From contig JBHLLF010000015.1 of assembly GCA_048885865.1 (NCBI GenBank), positions 1-64,000 of the forward strand: a stretch of 64,000 nucleotides of DNA, given 5' to 3'. Positions 28,911 to 38,510 of this stretch are shown here, one piece after another (positions within the stretch are counted from its first letter, which is position 1; the number at the start of each line of letters is the position of its first letter). The DNA comes from Candidatus Hermodarchaeota archaeon (GTDB taxonomy: Archaea > Asgardarchaeota > Thorarchaeia > Thorarchaeales > Thorarchaeaceae). Under the pieces are notes generated by a model. The model was given only the letters and a program-made list of their open reading frames with translations. It was not told the DNA's origin and ran no database searches. The position numbers and the translations under genes are program-made.

Positions 28911-29345
28911 ATGCAACTGACATCTGACCGACTCGTGCACCTCCTAGACAGATTGCATGCGGGAGTGGTGGTAATAGACAAGGACAACAAGATAGTCCTG
29001 TTTAACGAACTCGCGGGAGAGATGCTGAATCAAGATCCGAAAAGCAGGATTGGGACATCGATTCTCCGATGTCACCCTGAAAGAGCTGAGCCGGGAGTTC
29101 TAAAAATGATTGACCAGATGAAAACTGGTGAACTTAAGGAGTACGAGGGATGGGTCAACTTCGCTGGAAGGGTCCTCTACGAATACATCTATCCCTTGCA
29201 TGATGAAAGTGGAACCTACATCGGTGCGGTTGGTGAGATGCATGACGCATCAGAAAAGGCTGAGCTTCTGGGGGCTAAAGGCGAATTTGAAATGCCGGAG
29301 ATGCATGGATTGGGGGAAAGCTCACCCCGAAACCCTCTGCCCTAG
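28911..29345 (+). CDS. Stand-alone PAS domain protein
   Basis: GVVVIDKDNKIVLFN, IG.SILRCHP, PLHDESGTYIGAV. Confidence 0.85.
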   Translation: MQLTSDRLVHLLDRLHAGVVVIDKDNKIVLFNELAGEMLNQDPKSRIGTSILRCHPERAEPGVLKMIDQMKTGELKEYEGWVNFAGRVLYEYIYPLHDESGTYIGAVGEMHDASEKAELLGAKGEFEMPEMHGLGESSPRNPLP

Positions 29346-29420
29346 GGGTAGACTCTGAAATAAACCGGAAAGGAGATGGAAACGGAGCATTACTCCGAGT
29401 CCTCTCCTGAATGTACCGTA

Positions 29421-30278
29421 TCAATCTCTCCAGTCGAATGAGTCAATGCCGCCCCATTTGCTTTTGCCAATTGCCGCTCCAATAACAGCCATGAGGATTA
29501 TGGATAGTATGACAACTGCAAAGTTCTGGTAGTCGTTGAATCCTGAGGCGAAGAAGTAGAACCAGAAAATGAGTAGAACAAGCCATACAAAACCAATCCC
29601 CGGACCTAGCCATCTTGGAATGGGCTCCATTTCTGTTTCAAACACTGAAATGCCAACAGCCACGACATACACTACTAGTGTTACGACTAGGCCAACTGTG
29701 ACATTGAAATAGAGTTCATAGCCTCCGGCATAGAACCAAAGCCAGATGATCAGGAATGCAAAGTACGCATAGAGAGTGACTAGACCCAACACAGCGCGTC
29801 CTCTGAAAGCCATGAATGCTTCTCGAGGAACCTGTGTCATCCAAGGACCTCCTGTCAGTGCGATCAAGGCCGCAACTGATAGAATCATGATGGCGAAATT
29901 CTGGTACCCACTGTAATATGCGGCATAGAAAGGCCACCAGAGCACTATAAAGATCAGCCAACCAATTCCAACTGTGATGGAGAGCCTTATCCTCCATGCT
30001 GAGGGAGCCCACATTATAGCGTTTACCCAACCAATGAATAGGAAAGAAGCTCCTATTACTGCGACATTCTCCCAGAATGTGTATCCTGTTCCAGCAAAGA
30101 AGAATAACCAAATCATTGCAAAGGCAACCCAAACAACAAAAGAAGCAGCCGATGCATTTCCTTTCCTCTTTGTTCCTGACCAGCCAGAACGTCCCCTCCG
30201 AACGTCTGGGGGAGGTGCGCTTTCCTCTTCTTCAGGAGCCTCAACTGGCTCCTCTTCATTATCATTCGAATACTCCAA
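29421..30278 (-). CDS. Membrane protein built of four TM-hairpin repeats
   Basis: Repeated W..F[FY]A..[YF]...[QEF]N unit, four times; acidic N-terminus. Confidence 0.78.
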   Translation of the reverse strand: MEYSNDNEEEPVEAPEEEESAPPPDVRRGRSGWSGTKRKGNASAASFVVWVAFAMIWLFFFAGTGYTFWENVAVIGASFLFIGWVNAIMWAPSAWRIRLSITVGIGWLIFIVLWWPFYAAYYSGYQNFAIMILSVAALIALTGGPWMTQVPREAFMAFRGRAVLGLVTLYAYFAFLIIWLWFYAGGYELYFNVTVGLVVTLVVYVVAVGISVFETEMEPIPRWLGPGIGFVWLVLLIFWFYFFASGFNDYQNFAVVILSIILMAVIGAAIGKSKWGGIDSFDWRD

Positions 30279-30431
30279 GTTTAGTCCTCCACATAATGTG
30301 AATCGAATCGATTGATTTGTTGGAGTTTAATATAGTTAATAAACCTGTGCACTCACGCGGCCTTTTCTGAATGGGCTTAACTAAACACCTTAAAGCAGTA
30401 ATCAGAGTTTGCAACTATTCCATAAGGGGTC

Positions 30432-30689
30432 ATGAATATGAGAGAGGTGGATGATAACTCAAAGAACGTAGCGATATGCAGGCAGTTCTGTGGACCATGT
30501 CCTACATTCCAGTCCAATGATCTGAGAAAAATCCCTCCCAATATGCTATTCTGTGCTAGAGGAGCCTCAGAGAAACAGGAGGAGGAGATGGAGGACAAGG
30601 GTTGCTTCTGTCCAGGATGCGGCATTTACAAGGACTATGAGCTATCAGGCGGTTGGTTCTGTATTTTCGGCAAGGAAGGAAGAAAGTAA
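30432..30689 (+). CDS. DUF2769 Cys-rich protein
   Basis: C..FCGPCPTF, LFCARG, GCFCPGC, WFCIFG. Confidence 0.82.
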   Translation: MNMREVDDNSKNVAICRQFCGPCPTFQSNDLRKIPPNMLFCARGASEKQEEEMEDKGCFCPGCGIYKDYELSGGWFCIFGKEGRK

Positions 30690-30830
30690 TCGATACTGTA
30701 TCTATCCATTTGCTAGGCTTTGTCTATATAGGACCGAACCCATCAAATATATCCTAACAGATGTCGAGCACTACATGGCAATCCTTAAGATACGACCATG
30801 GATGGCGCTGCAAAGGTGAGCTGAGAAAGG

Positions 30831-31112
30831 ATGGCCTATTGCGTAATGGTCCAGGGCCCATGTAGAGGCAAAATGTGCGATTTCTGGGCCAGAGTGAAGC
30901 TCAGAAAGAGGGCTACCGAAGAGGTCGCTCAAGATATGTATCTCAGCATTCGCCAGTGCGATAATCCGGGACACATGGAACTTGATGATGCAATTGTCGA
31001 GTATTGGACTGCATTCGGTGTGAAGAACATTGGGCGACTCTGTGAGGAGGAGCCGGAACTTTGCTCTAAAATGAAGCAAATAGAGCACCACGTTCGAATA
31101 TTGATGTCCTAG
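30831..31112 (+). CDS. Hypothetical Cys-containing protein
   Basis: MAYCVMVQGPCRGKMCDFW; purine-rich RBS upstream. Confidence 0.6.
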   Translation: MAYCVMVQGPCRGKMCDFWARVKLRKRATEEVAQDMYLSIRQCDNPGHMELDDAIVEYWTAFGVKNIGRLCEEEPELCSKMKQIEHHVRILMS

Positions 31113-31163
31113 AAATCAAGGAAACAACGATGCAATTTCATGCATGGTTGTTGGCTATTTGTG

Positions 31164-31215
31164 AAAAGAAACGGAGGCCAGAGAGTAGCAGGAATTATCC
31201 CGCTACCCAACTGGC
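31164..31215 (-). terminator. Long hairpin plus U-tract after the nuclease gene
   Basis: Minus strand GCCAG..GTAGCGGG-ATAAT-TCCTGCTAC..CTGGC then CTCCGTTTCTTTT. Confidence 0.5.
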
Positions 31216-31237
31216 ATTTTAATCAACTATTCATTCA

Positions 31238-32965
31238 TCAGCGAATCCAGAATGAGGCCATGAAAATATCATGGTCCGTAGACCGAATCGCTGTACTCGG
31301 ATCGCCACTCCAGAGGAAGAATGGGAAGTCAGTATTGAAGTGGACAAATCGTGCAAAGAGGAAGCTTCTGTGCAAGGATGGAGTGATCATAATGTGATCA
31401 AGAACACCGGACAAACCACGATAGATGTAGGAATAGCGGCTTCTCCTATTGACCTCAAATACAAGGTCCGTAAGACCACCATCAATTAGTGTTGTTATTG
31501 GAGCCTCATTCTCGTATGAGTTGAGGTCACCTAGCACTATGACCTTCGCCTTGCAGTTAGCTTCTTGTATCTCATCAACCAGACTGCCGACCCATGCTGC
31601 TTGCTGAATCCGTCGGGGCTCAGTGTCAGCGTAGGTTGGTGCATATGTCGACTTCGACTTGAAGTGGTTGATGATAAGCCACAGATCAGTTCCCCCTCCA
31701 TGTCTTCCTCGATACCATTTGCCATGGGTCTTGAGATGAACGACTAATGGAGGTCGTGAGAAGAGGGCATTATATCCCTCAGGGCATGGGAAGTTGGGAT
31801 CTGTCCCGGGTCCATAGCCATCATCCAAGTCGGTGCACGTCTGACGCGCCTCAGCGCTCACAATCGTCACACGGTTCTTTAGATAGAGCAAACCAACATC
31901 AACAGCTCGGTCATAGGGTCCTTCGATGAGTACTGCTCCATACTTGCCTTGGATAGGCTTGGTTTTCGTCAACCTCTCAAGTATCTCAATATTCTCCACT
32001 TCCTGCACCGCAATGAGGTCAGGCATTCGGAGCATTTGCTTGATTGCTAGAGCATGCTTTGTGAGCTGTAGTTCGACATATTCAGGGTCATAAACGGTAT
32101 CAGCCTTGTCTGGGTCATCGAACTCGTCAAAGAGATTATACATATTGTAGGTGGCTACTGTGAGCCCAAATGTCAGTCCACGGGGCCACACACAATCACT
32201 TTCAGCCCACCATTCTGGAAATACCTCTGGTGGTGCATCCGCACTGGGTAGAATCTTGTACTCATCGTATGTGTAATCAAGTGGACCACATAAGTTCTTG
32301 ACCAGTGTGCCTGTTCGAACATTGACTACCAACCCGCCAGAATCATCTGCAAAGATAATCTCTCCTGTGCCTATCGGATCATTCTCAAACACTCGAGTAA
32401 TGCCTGAGTCTGCGACTACCCCTGCAAACTCACCGTAGGAATCAGTACCAGCAACTACCCTCAGTTCCGGTGCACAGACAAGCATTCCCTCTAATGCTTC
32501 ATAGTATACATCAGAGGCATAGTCGTCGACGGGCGGATTTAGCTCAACTGGTTCAGGAAGCGGATAGCCTGTGTCCTCGATGGTGACATATGGTTTATAC
32601 ATCTGGGTCATGCCATAGTATTCACTGACCTTTCCTTGCAGTTTCACATAGTCGCCAACCTGCACATCGTAGTCATATTTGTACACAAAGATTCCATCAG
32701 AGGTGGCTGGATTTCCATCGCCCACTGGATCCTGAACGAAGAATCCTCTCTTGACCTCATCTTGGTAATCAGCTGTTACAACGCCCCATGTATCAATATA
32801 CATTGAAGAGGGTATTGTAGGGGTAAAGCCATCACCTTGAATCTCTGGGATTGTATAATCTGGATTATCATAAGCCTGTACCATCCCTGGACTAAAGCCT
32901 ATCATAATCACAAAGAAAGTTAGAACGCAAATCGTCGTTAGTCGACGTTTCTTTGTGCTAGCCAA
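31238..32965 (-). CDS. Secreted ExeM/NucH-like nuclease (OB-fold plus endonuclease/exonuclease/phosphatase domain)
   Basis: Signal peptide; IPEIQG, GFFVQD..GDGNPATSDGIFVY, YEALEGML, ATYNMYN, QEVEN, NHFKS, GDLN, LDHI, TDHD. Confidence 0.92.
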   Translation of the reverse strand: MASTKKRRLTTICVLTFFVIMIGFSPGMVQAYDNPDYTIPEIQGDGFTPTIPSSMYIDTWGVVTADYQDEVKRGFFVQDPVGDGNPATSDGIFVYKYDYDVQVGDYVKLQGKVSEYYGMTQMYKPYVTIEDTGYPLPEPVELNPPVDDYASDVYYEALEGMLVCAPELRVVAGTDSYGEFAGVVADSGITRVFENDPIGTGEIIFADDSGGLVVNVRTGTLVKNLCGPLDYTYDEYKILPSADAPPEVFPEWWAESDCVWPRGLTFGLTVATYNMYNLFDEFDDPDKADTVYDPEYVELQLTKHALAIKQMLRMPDLIAVQEVENIEILERLTKTKPIQGKYGAVLIEGPYDRAVDVGLLYLKNRVTIVSAEARQTCTDLDDGYGPGTDPNFPCPEGYNALFSRPPLVVHLKTHGKWYRGRHGGGTDLWLIINHFKSKSTYAPTYADTEPRRIQQAAWVGSLVDEIQEANCKAKVIVLGDLNSYENEAPITTLIDGGLTDLVFEVNRRSRYSYIYRGLSGVLDHIMITPSLHRSFLFARFVHFNTDFPFFLWSGDPSTAIRSTDHDIFMASFWIR

Positions 32966-33193
32966 TTTTACTCTCTCTCCCTTTTAGCAAAGCTAAGACT
33001 GATTTCAAGCCTTGGCAGTGCGAACTTGAAACGATAGGTGACTCATCCGGCTATTGTTTGTTGTGGTTTCAATGCGCCATATTTCGAAGGGATTGACTGT
33101 ATAAAGAAGTACAGTTGCCATTTTCGAATTTCGTTATGAAATTCTGGACCATTTCATCAAGAGCGCGTTTGCCTAGCTCAGAATATGTCCAGG

Positions 33194-34837
33194 CTACGCC
33201 TCAGGAACCGCAATCATGTTTTCACGATTAAGGAGCCATTTGGGATCTAATGCGCGCTTTACGGCCTGCATCTCTTCAATCCCCTTTTCTCCATACATTG
33301 CAACCAAGAAATCCCGTTTCAGTTTCCCGATCCCGTGTTCAGCTGCAACTGTCCCTCCAAGCTCAACTGCTCGCTTGGCGAAGATCATGTAGTTGTCCAT
33401 TCCTTGGTGGACCTCTTCATTGTTGCGTGGAAGCATGTTGACATGGAGGTGGTTGTCTCCGATGTGACCGAATATGACATACTCCATTCCCTGGGCTTCG
33501 AGCGTTTCTCTGTAGAACTTCAAATAGTCCCGAAGAGCCTCATCAGGCACGGCCATGTCAGTGCCAATCTTGTGTACCTCATGGTACTGTGCCTTTCTCA
33601 TGGCAATAGTGGCGTTTACTGTTTCCGGCACAAAATGACGGACTGTCTTCATCTTGGCAAGCTCAGATCGGTCCATACCAGCCCAACTGGACTCAGAGGA
33701 GGTGTTGTGCTTGTTCAAGATCTCCTCCAGCCCCATCACCATGGATTCCATGGTTTCATCGGTATAGGAGAACTCGAAGAACACTATTGCCTTGGTGTCG
33801 TCGCCCATTGCTGGAACTGTGATTCCTGATGCGGCGGCCTTCTCCTTGATCATCTTCAGTGCATTAGGACCAAAGTACTCTAGGAAGTTCATAGGAACAG
33901 GCGAGTCTGGTGCGCGAATGTCATATACAAAACCAACAGCATCTTCTTCGCTCTTGAAATAAGCCATAACTGTCATGATTTCCTCGGGCATCTTGTTCAG
34001 ACCCAACTCTACCTCGGTTATGACACCCAAGATACCCTCTGAACCAATGAAGAGATCAATGAGATCCATATTGGGTTTAGCAAACAGACCAGCGGCATTT
34101 TTGGTTTCAGGCATCTTGTAGGACGGGATCTGCAGCTCGACTGAACTGCCGTCACTGAGTACTATCTCGAACCTGCCATCCTTAGCGAAGACCTTGCCAC
34201 GTTCGATGTCCAAGATATCTCCATTCATCAAGACAACCTGAATCCTGCACACCCAATCACGCACAGCGCCGAACTTTAGAGTCCTGGCTCCAGAGGCGTT
34301 GCAGGCAACAATTCCTCCCAGCCATGCACTCATCTCCGTGGGATCAACTGGGAAAGTGAAGCTGTCAGATTCGCCTAGAAACTGCTCAAGGGCTTCTTGT
34401 TGATCAGGAGTCCCCTTTCCCTTAATTGCATCAAGATTTTTGGAGTTCACAGCTGACACCAGGTCCTCTAGAAGGACACCGGCCTGACCAGCGATTGAAT
34501 AGAGCTCGTCTTCAGCTGAATAGTCCATATAGAGTAACTCTGTCATCTTCTCAAGATTCAGGGCCACACCGCCAAGTGGGACTGCTCCACCAGTGAGACC
34601 TGTACGACCGCCTTGTACGGTGACAGGAGTGTCGTTCTCAAAAGCCTCCTTCATGATTGCAGCAATCTGATTCACTGATGTAGGAAAGTAGATTCTCTCG
34701 GCTGCTCCATCAAAGGAGTGGCTCTCATCGTCTAGGTAGAGAGCATAGGTATCGGTTATCTCCGCCTGATCTGTGACAACTTTCATGTTGGAAAGGTCAG
34801 CACCGCCAGGTGCCTGTGCCTTGATTTGATTTGTCAT
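33194..34837 (-). CDS. FAD-linked oxidoreductase (GlcD/D-lactate dehydrogenase family)
   Basis: GGRTGLTGGAVP, FPVDPT, FIGSEGILGVIT, GHIGDNHLH, AEHGIGK. Confidence 0.9.
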   Translation of the reverse strand: MTNQIKAQAPGGADLSNMKVVTDQAEITDTYALYLDDESHSFDGAAERIYFPTSVNQIAAIMKEAFENDTPVTVQGGRTGLTGGAVPLGGVALNLEKMTELLYMDYSAEDELYSIAGQAGVLLEDLVSAVNSKNLDAIKGKGTPDQQEALEQFLGESDSFTFPVDPTEMSAWLGGIVACNASGARTLKFGAVRDWVCRIQVVLMNGDILDIERGKVFAKDGRFEIVLSDGSSVELQIPSYKMPETKNAAGLFAKPNMDLIDLFIGSEGILGVITEVELGLNKMPEEIMTVMAYFKSEEDAVGFVYDIRAPDSPVPMNFLEYFGPNALKMIKEKAAASGITVPAMGDDTKAIVFFEFSYTDETMESMVMGLEEILNKHNTSSESSWAGMDRSELAKMKTVRHFVPETVNATIAMRKAQYHEVHKIGTDMAVPDEALRDYLKFYRETLEAQGMEYVIFGHIGDNHLHVNMLPRNNEEVHQGMDNYMIFAKRAVELGGTVAAEHGIGKLKRDFLVAMYGEKGIEEMQAVKRALDPKWLLNRENMIAVPEA

Positions 34838-35006
34838 TGAAGCGATTCCTCTAGCAACTGATTGAGATGGGCTGAACAAATAGTCAATATCAAGCATTTG
34901 GTATGAAAACTGAATGAATCTCTAGGGAACATTAATGAGTAGGACAAGGCAGAAAGCATCAGCAGCATATCCAGATTAGGCAAAAGAAGGAGACAGAGAC
35001 CGCAAA

Positions 35007-36398
35007 ATGCCGTCTATCAAGAGAATTGGCCCTGGAGAAATTGCTGCGATTGTCGCTGTAATAATGACCGTCGTGGCAATAGTCTTGGTAACAATAGTTC
35101 AAGACATTGGTTCGGCAATTCTCGTGATATTCATTGGCACATATGCAATCATTAGTAGTGAGAAAGTGAACAGAACTGCGATGTCCCTTCTGGGAATGGC
35201 ATTAGTTGGAGTTGTTCTGTGGATTGGGACGTCGTTTGATGACGAGATTTTCGAGGAACTTATCGTTCACATCGAATGGACAACAATAATCTTCGTCATT
35301 GCGATGAGTGTAATTGTTTCAATTGCGGCTGCATCAGGCTTGTTTCAATACATTGCACTTAGGATTGCGAAGCCCAGCGGAGGAGATCATAAGAGCCTGT
35401 TCATAACATTCTTGGTGTTTGTTGCGGGGATTAGCCTTTTCTTCGACACAGTATCAACCATGTTAATCATAGCCCCTCTTACCATAGAGATTTGCAAAGC
35501 CCTTGAGATTGACTTCAAGCCTTTTTTGGTATCTGAAGCGATTGTTTGTAATTTCTCTTCAATACCCTCAATTGTGGGAGCTGTACCAAATCTGGTGATA
35601 GCGGGTGAAACTGGTCTAGATGTGGGATTTCTCTTCTTGGCGTTCATGCCCCTCTCAATAATTCTATTTCTTGTCAGCCTCCCTATTCTTCTAAGATGGT
35701 ATGGAAAGACATTCGGCTCAACAGACGAGCAGAGAGTTGACGTTGTGTTCTCCATAGATCCTGCAACTATGATTAAGGATAGATGGGACTTCAATATCTC
35801 AGTTGTCGCAATTATTTTCCTCGTAATTGGATTCGCGCTAGGACCCAGCTTTGGAATTGTACCTCCAATGACAGCTCTGCTTATTGCATCGTTCATGTTA
35901 CTTATTGCTCACGAGAAGGCAAACGACTTCTTGAATCGGATAGGTTGGCCCACGGTATTCTTCCTCGTAGGCCTTTTCGGGCTGGTTGTCGCTCTGGAAC
36001 TCACGGGTCTGATAGATGCACTCGGAAACGTTGTAGGAGCCATTGTCGGGGATAATGCCCCCTTTGCCACTGTTTTTCTGGTATGGATACCAGCTATGCT
36101 TTCCGCTTTCTTGGACAACCTACCAGTTTCAGCGGTATTGGCTCCAATTGCTCGAGATTTCGCAGTCGTAAGCCCAGTCATACCTCTTGCCCTCGTGTTT
36201 GCTGTGAATATAGGTGGCTACATTTTCACTCCATTGGGGTCTCCAGCTAACATGGTTGCAATAGGTCTATCAGAAGCCGAAGATAATCCAATACCCTTCA
36301 TTGAGTTTGTGAAAATCGGTACGCTCCTCGGCATGATTCATCTTGCCATTGGTTCTGGATACCTATTGGTAATAATGACCCTACTGGGGGCGGGATAA
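35007..36398 (+). CDS. ArsB/NhaD (P-protein-like) ion transporter
   Basis: SEKVNRT, ISLFFDT, VGAVPNL, SAFLDNLP, NIGG...P.GSPAN. Confidence 0.87.
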   Translation: MPSIKRIGPGEIAAIVAVIMTVVAIVLVTIVQDIGSAILVIFIGTYAIISSEKVNRTAMSLLGMALVGVVLWIGTSFDDEIFEELIVHIEWTTIIFVIAMSVIVSIAAASGLFQYIALRIAKPSGGDHKSLFITFLVFVAGISLFFDTVSTMLIIAPLTIEICKALEIDFKPFLVSEAIVCNFSSIPSIVGAVPNLVIAGETGLDVGFLFLAFMPLSIILFLVSLPILLRWYGKTFGSTDEQRVDVVFSIDPATMIKDRWDFNISVVAIIFLVIGFALGPSFGIVPPMTALLIASFMLLIAHEKANDFLNRIGWPTVFFLVGLFGLVVALELTGLIDALGNVVGAIVGDNAPFATVFLVWIPAMLSAFLDNLPVSAVLAPIARDFAVVSPVIPLALVFAVNIGGYIFTPLGSPANMVAIGLSEAEDNPIPFIEFVKIGTLLGMIHLAIGSGYLLVIMTLLGAG

Positions 36399-36535
36399 CT
36401 ACATGAATATGAACCAATCAAAAATAGAGGGCGGCTCCAATTACAATATGGTAGGATGTCGAATAGATAGGATTATTGGGTAGTCACGTAGGCGATAGGA
36501 ACTTGGACAAGAGGTGAAACAAAACGGTAGCTGAG

Positions 36536-37798
36536 ATGATACTTGCAATCTTCGTTATCACCTATGTCGCCATATCGTCCGAGAAAGTGAACAGAACTGC
36601 TACAGCGTTGCTAGGAATGGGTGCTGTCGGAATCGTCCTCTGGGCCACAGGTACAGCAGAATTCAGAGAAGTGGCAGACCGTATCGAATGGACAACTATC
36701 CTTTTCGTGACTTCTATGTTCATCATAGTCACCATAGCCGCATCATCAGGGATGTTTCAATATCTAGCATTGGATCTTACCAGACGCACTGGGGGAGATA
36801 CAAAAAGACTCTTCATTTCTCTACTCGCCTTTGTGTTTGCAATATCACTTTTCTTTGACACTACATCTACAATGCTCATAATGGGACCACTTACAATAGA
36901 GATATGCAAGGCTCTTGAAATCGATTTTAGACCATTCCTAATATCTGAAGCAGTAACCTGTAATTTTGCATCAATCCCATCAATCGTTGGCGCTGTACCC
37001 AACCTGCTTATAGCGGAGGAGGCACATGTGGATCCAGGTTTCCTCTTCGAATCATTGATGCCTCTATCAGCTATTCTCTTTCTAGTTTCTGTGCCATTAC
37101 TGCTTAGGGTCTTTGGGGACCAACTCAAGCAATCAGAAGAGTATCTTGTGTCTCAAATGATGCTCATTAACCCACAGTACATGATTCGCTCACGTACAGA
37201 TTTCTACCTGTCTATAATCGCAATGTTCATCCTTGTGCTTGGGTTCACATTTGGTCCTGCATATGATCTACAGCCAGCAGTAATCGCCATTACTGTAGCC
37301 GCAGCTCTGTTGTTACTTGCTCGTGAATGGGTAGATGAAGTCCTAAAGCGGATAAATTGGGGGACTATCTTCTTTCTAATCGGGTTGTTCGGGCTTATTG
37401 CATCATTGGATATCACAGGCATCATAATAGCCATAGGAGATGTCATTGGGGCTTTGATTCAAGGAAATGTCCTATTTGGAATCATTTTCATGATATGGGT
37501 ACCAGCACTTCTTTCTGCAGTGATTGACAACATACCAGTATCAGCGGTTTTGGCACCAATTGCTTCACAATTTGCCGCAATCAGTCCTCTTCTATCCATT
37601 GCCCTTATACTAGCTGTCAATATTGGGGGTTTCCTGCTTCCTATTGGAGCCCCGGCCAATATTCTAGCATTAGCCTTCTCAGAGAAAGAGCACAAGCCAA
37701 TCAGGATGATTGACTTTGCGAAGATTGCGACACCCCTGGGATTCTTGATGTTAGCTATCGCAACAGGATACCTACTTATTCTCGGAGTACTGATCTAA
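36536..37798 (+). CDS. ArsB/NhaD (P-protein-like) ion transporter, tandem paralog
   Basis: Same motifs as the upstream copy; start may be the in-frame ACG at 36524. Confidence 0.87.
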   Translation: MILAIFVITYVAISSEKVNRTATALLGMGAVGIVLWATGTAEFREVADRIEWTTILFVTSMFIIVTIAASSGMFQYLALDLTRRTGGDTKRLFISLLAFVFAISLFFDTTSTMLIMGPLTIEICKALEIDFRPFLISEAVTCNFASIPSIVGAVPNLLIAEEAHVDPGFLFESLMPLSAILFLVSVPLLLRVFGDQLKQSEEYLVSQMMLINPQYMIRSRTDFYLSIIAMFILVLGFTFGPAYDLQPAVIAITVAAALLLLAREWVDEVLKRINWGTIFFLIGLFGLIASLDITGIIIAIGDVIGALIQGNVLFGIIFMIWVPALLSAVIDNIPVSAVLAPIASQFAAISPLLSIALILAVNIGGFLLPIGAPANILALAFSEKEHKPIRMIDFAKIATPLGFLMLAIATGYLLILGVLI

Positions 37799-37935
37799 AA
37801 AGAGGCGGCGCCCCGCCCCCGTCGTGTGCCGCCGGGAGGACAGAACTCAACGGAGACTGGACACCAGGTATTAATTATGTGCAAAGGCTATTAGCAATAT
37901 GGGTTGTGACAAACTCGACGGAGATACGCAATACA

Positions 37936-38430
37936 ATGCCAAAGCGTGCTCGATGCCCCCATTGTGACAGGTTGTTCAATCGAGATGTACTTGACTCCCA
38001 CATTCAAAATTGTAGAACTCGAAACATGACAGGCATTGAAGAAACAAGAACCGCAAAGAAGAATGTGATACTTGACGGCAATAATGTCGCATATCACCTC
38101 GCACCGACTGGCAAGCCAAGGGTTGCTAACCTTGTCCTAGCAAGACAAAGCCTTGTCAGCTCTGGCTATAAGCCAACCATCATTGTGTCAGCTGCACTAA
38201 TCCACAAAATCGACAAACCAAACAGACTTCGTGAGATGATTGACTTTGGACATATCATTGAAGCTCCAAGGGGGAAGAATGACGACCTCATCATCATTCA
38301 GACTGCACAGCGATCAAATGCAGATATTGTGAGCAATGACAGATTCCTCGACTGGCGGGAGAGGTTCCCCTGGATCTCTGATCGTCTGAGAAGATATCGG
38401 ATGACTCCTTCAGGCTTGATTCTGATGTGA
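37936..38430 (+). CDS. Zc3h12a-like NYN/PIN ribonuclease with N-terminal C2HC zinc finger
   Basis: CPHC-x11-H-x3-C; VILDGNNVA, NDD..II, IVSNDRF.DW. Confidence 0.85.
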   Translation: MPKRARCPHCDRLFNRDVLDSHIQNCRTRNMTGIEETRTAKKNVILDGNNVAYHLAPTGKPRVANLVLARQSLVSSGYKPTIIVSAALIHKIDKPNRLREMIDFGHIIEAPRGKNDDLIIIQTAQRSNADIVSNDRFLDWRERFPWISDRLRRYRMTPSGLILM

Positions 38431-38510
38431 CAGGATGACCTCCAGCAAAACCGTTAAAATCATTCAGAGAATGCCACACTGAAAAACACCTGCGGACTGG
38501 TGAACATATT

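Noticed and set aside
36403-36535. Selenocysteine read-through at the in-frame TGA upstream of the second transporter, or a 26-aa upstream ORF
   Set aside because: The TGA is part of the GAGGTGA ribosome-binding site, the upstream frame does not resemble the paralog's N-terminus, and no SECIS-like element was recognised.
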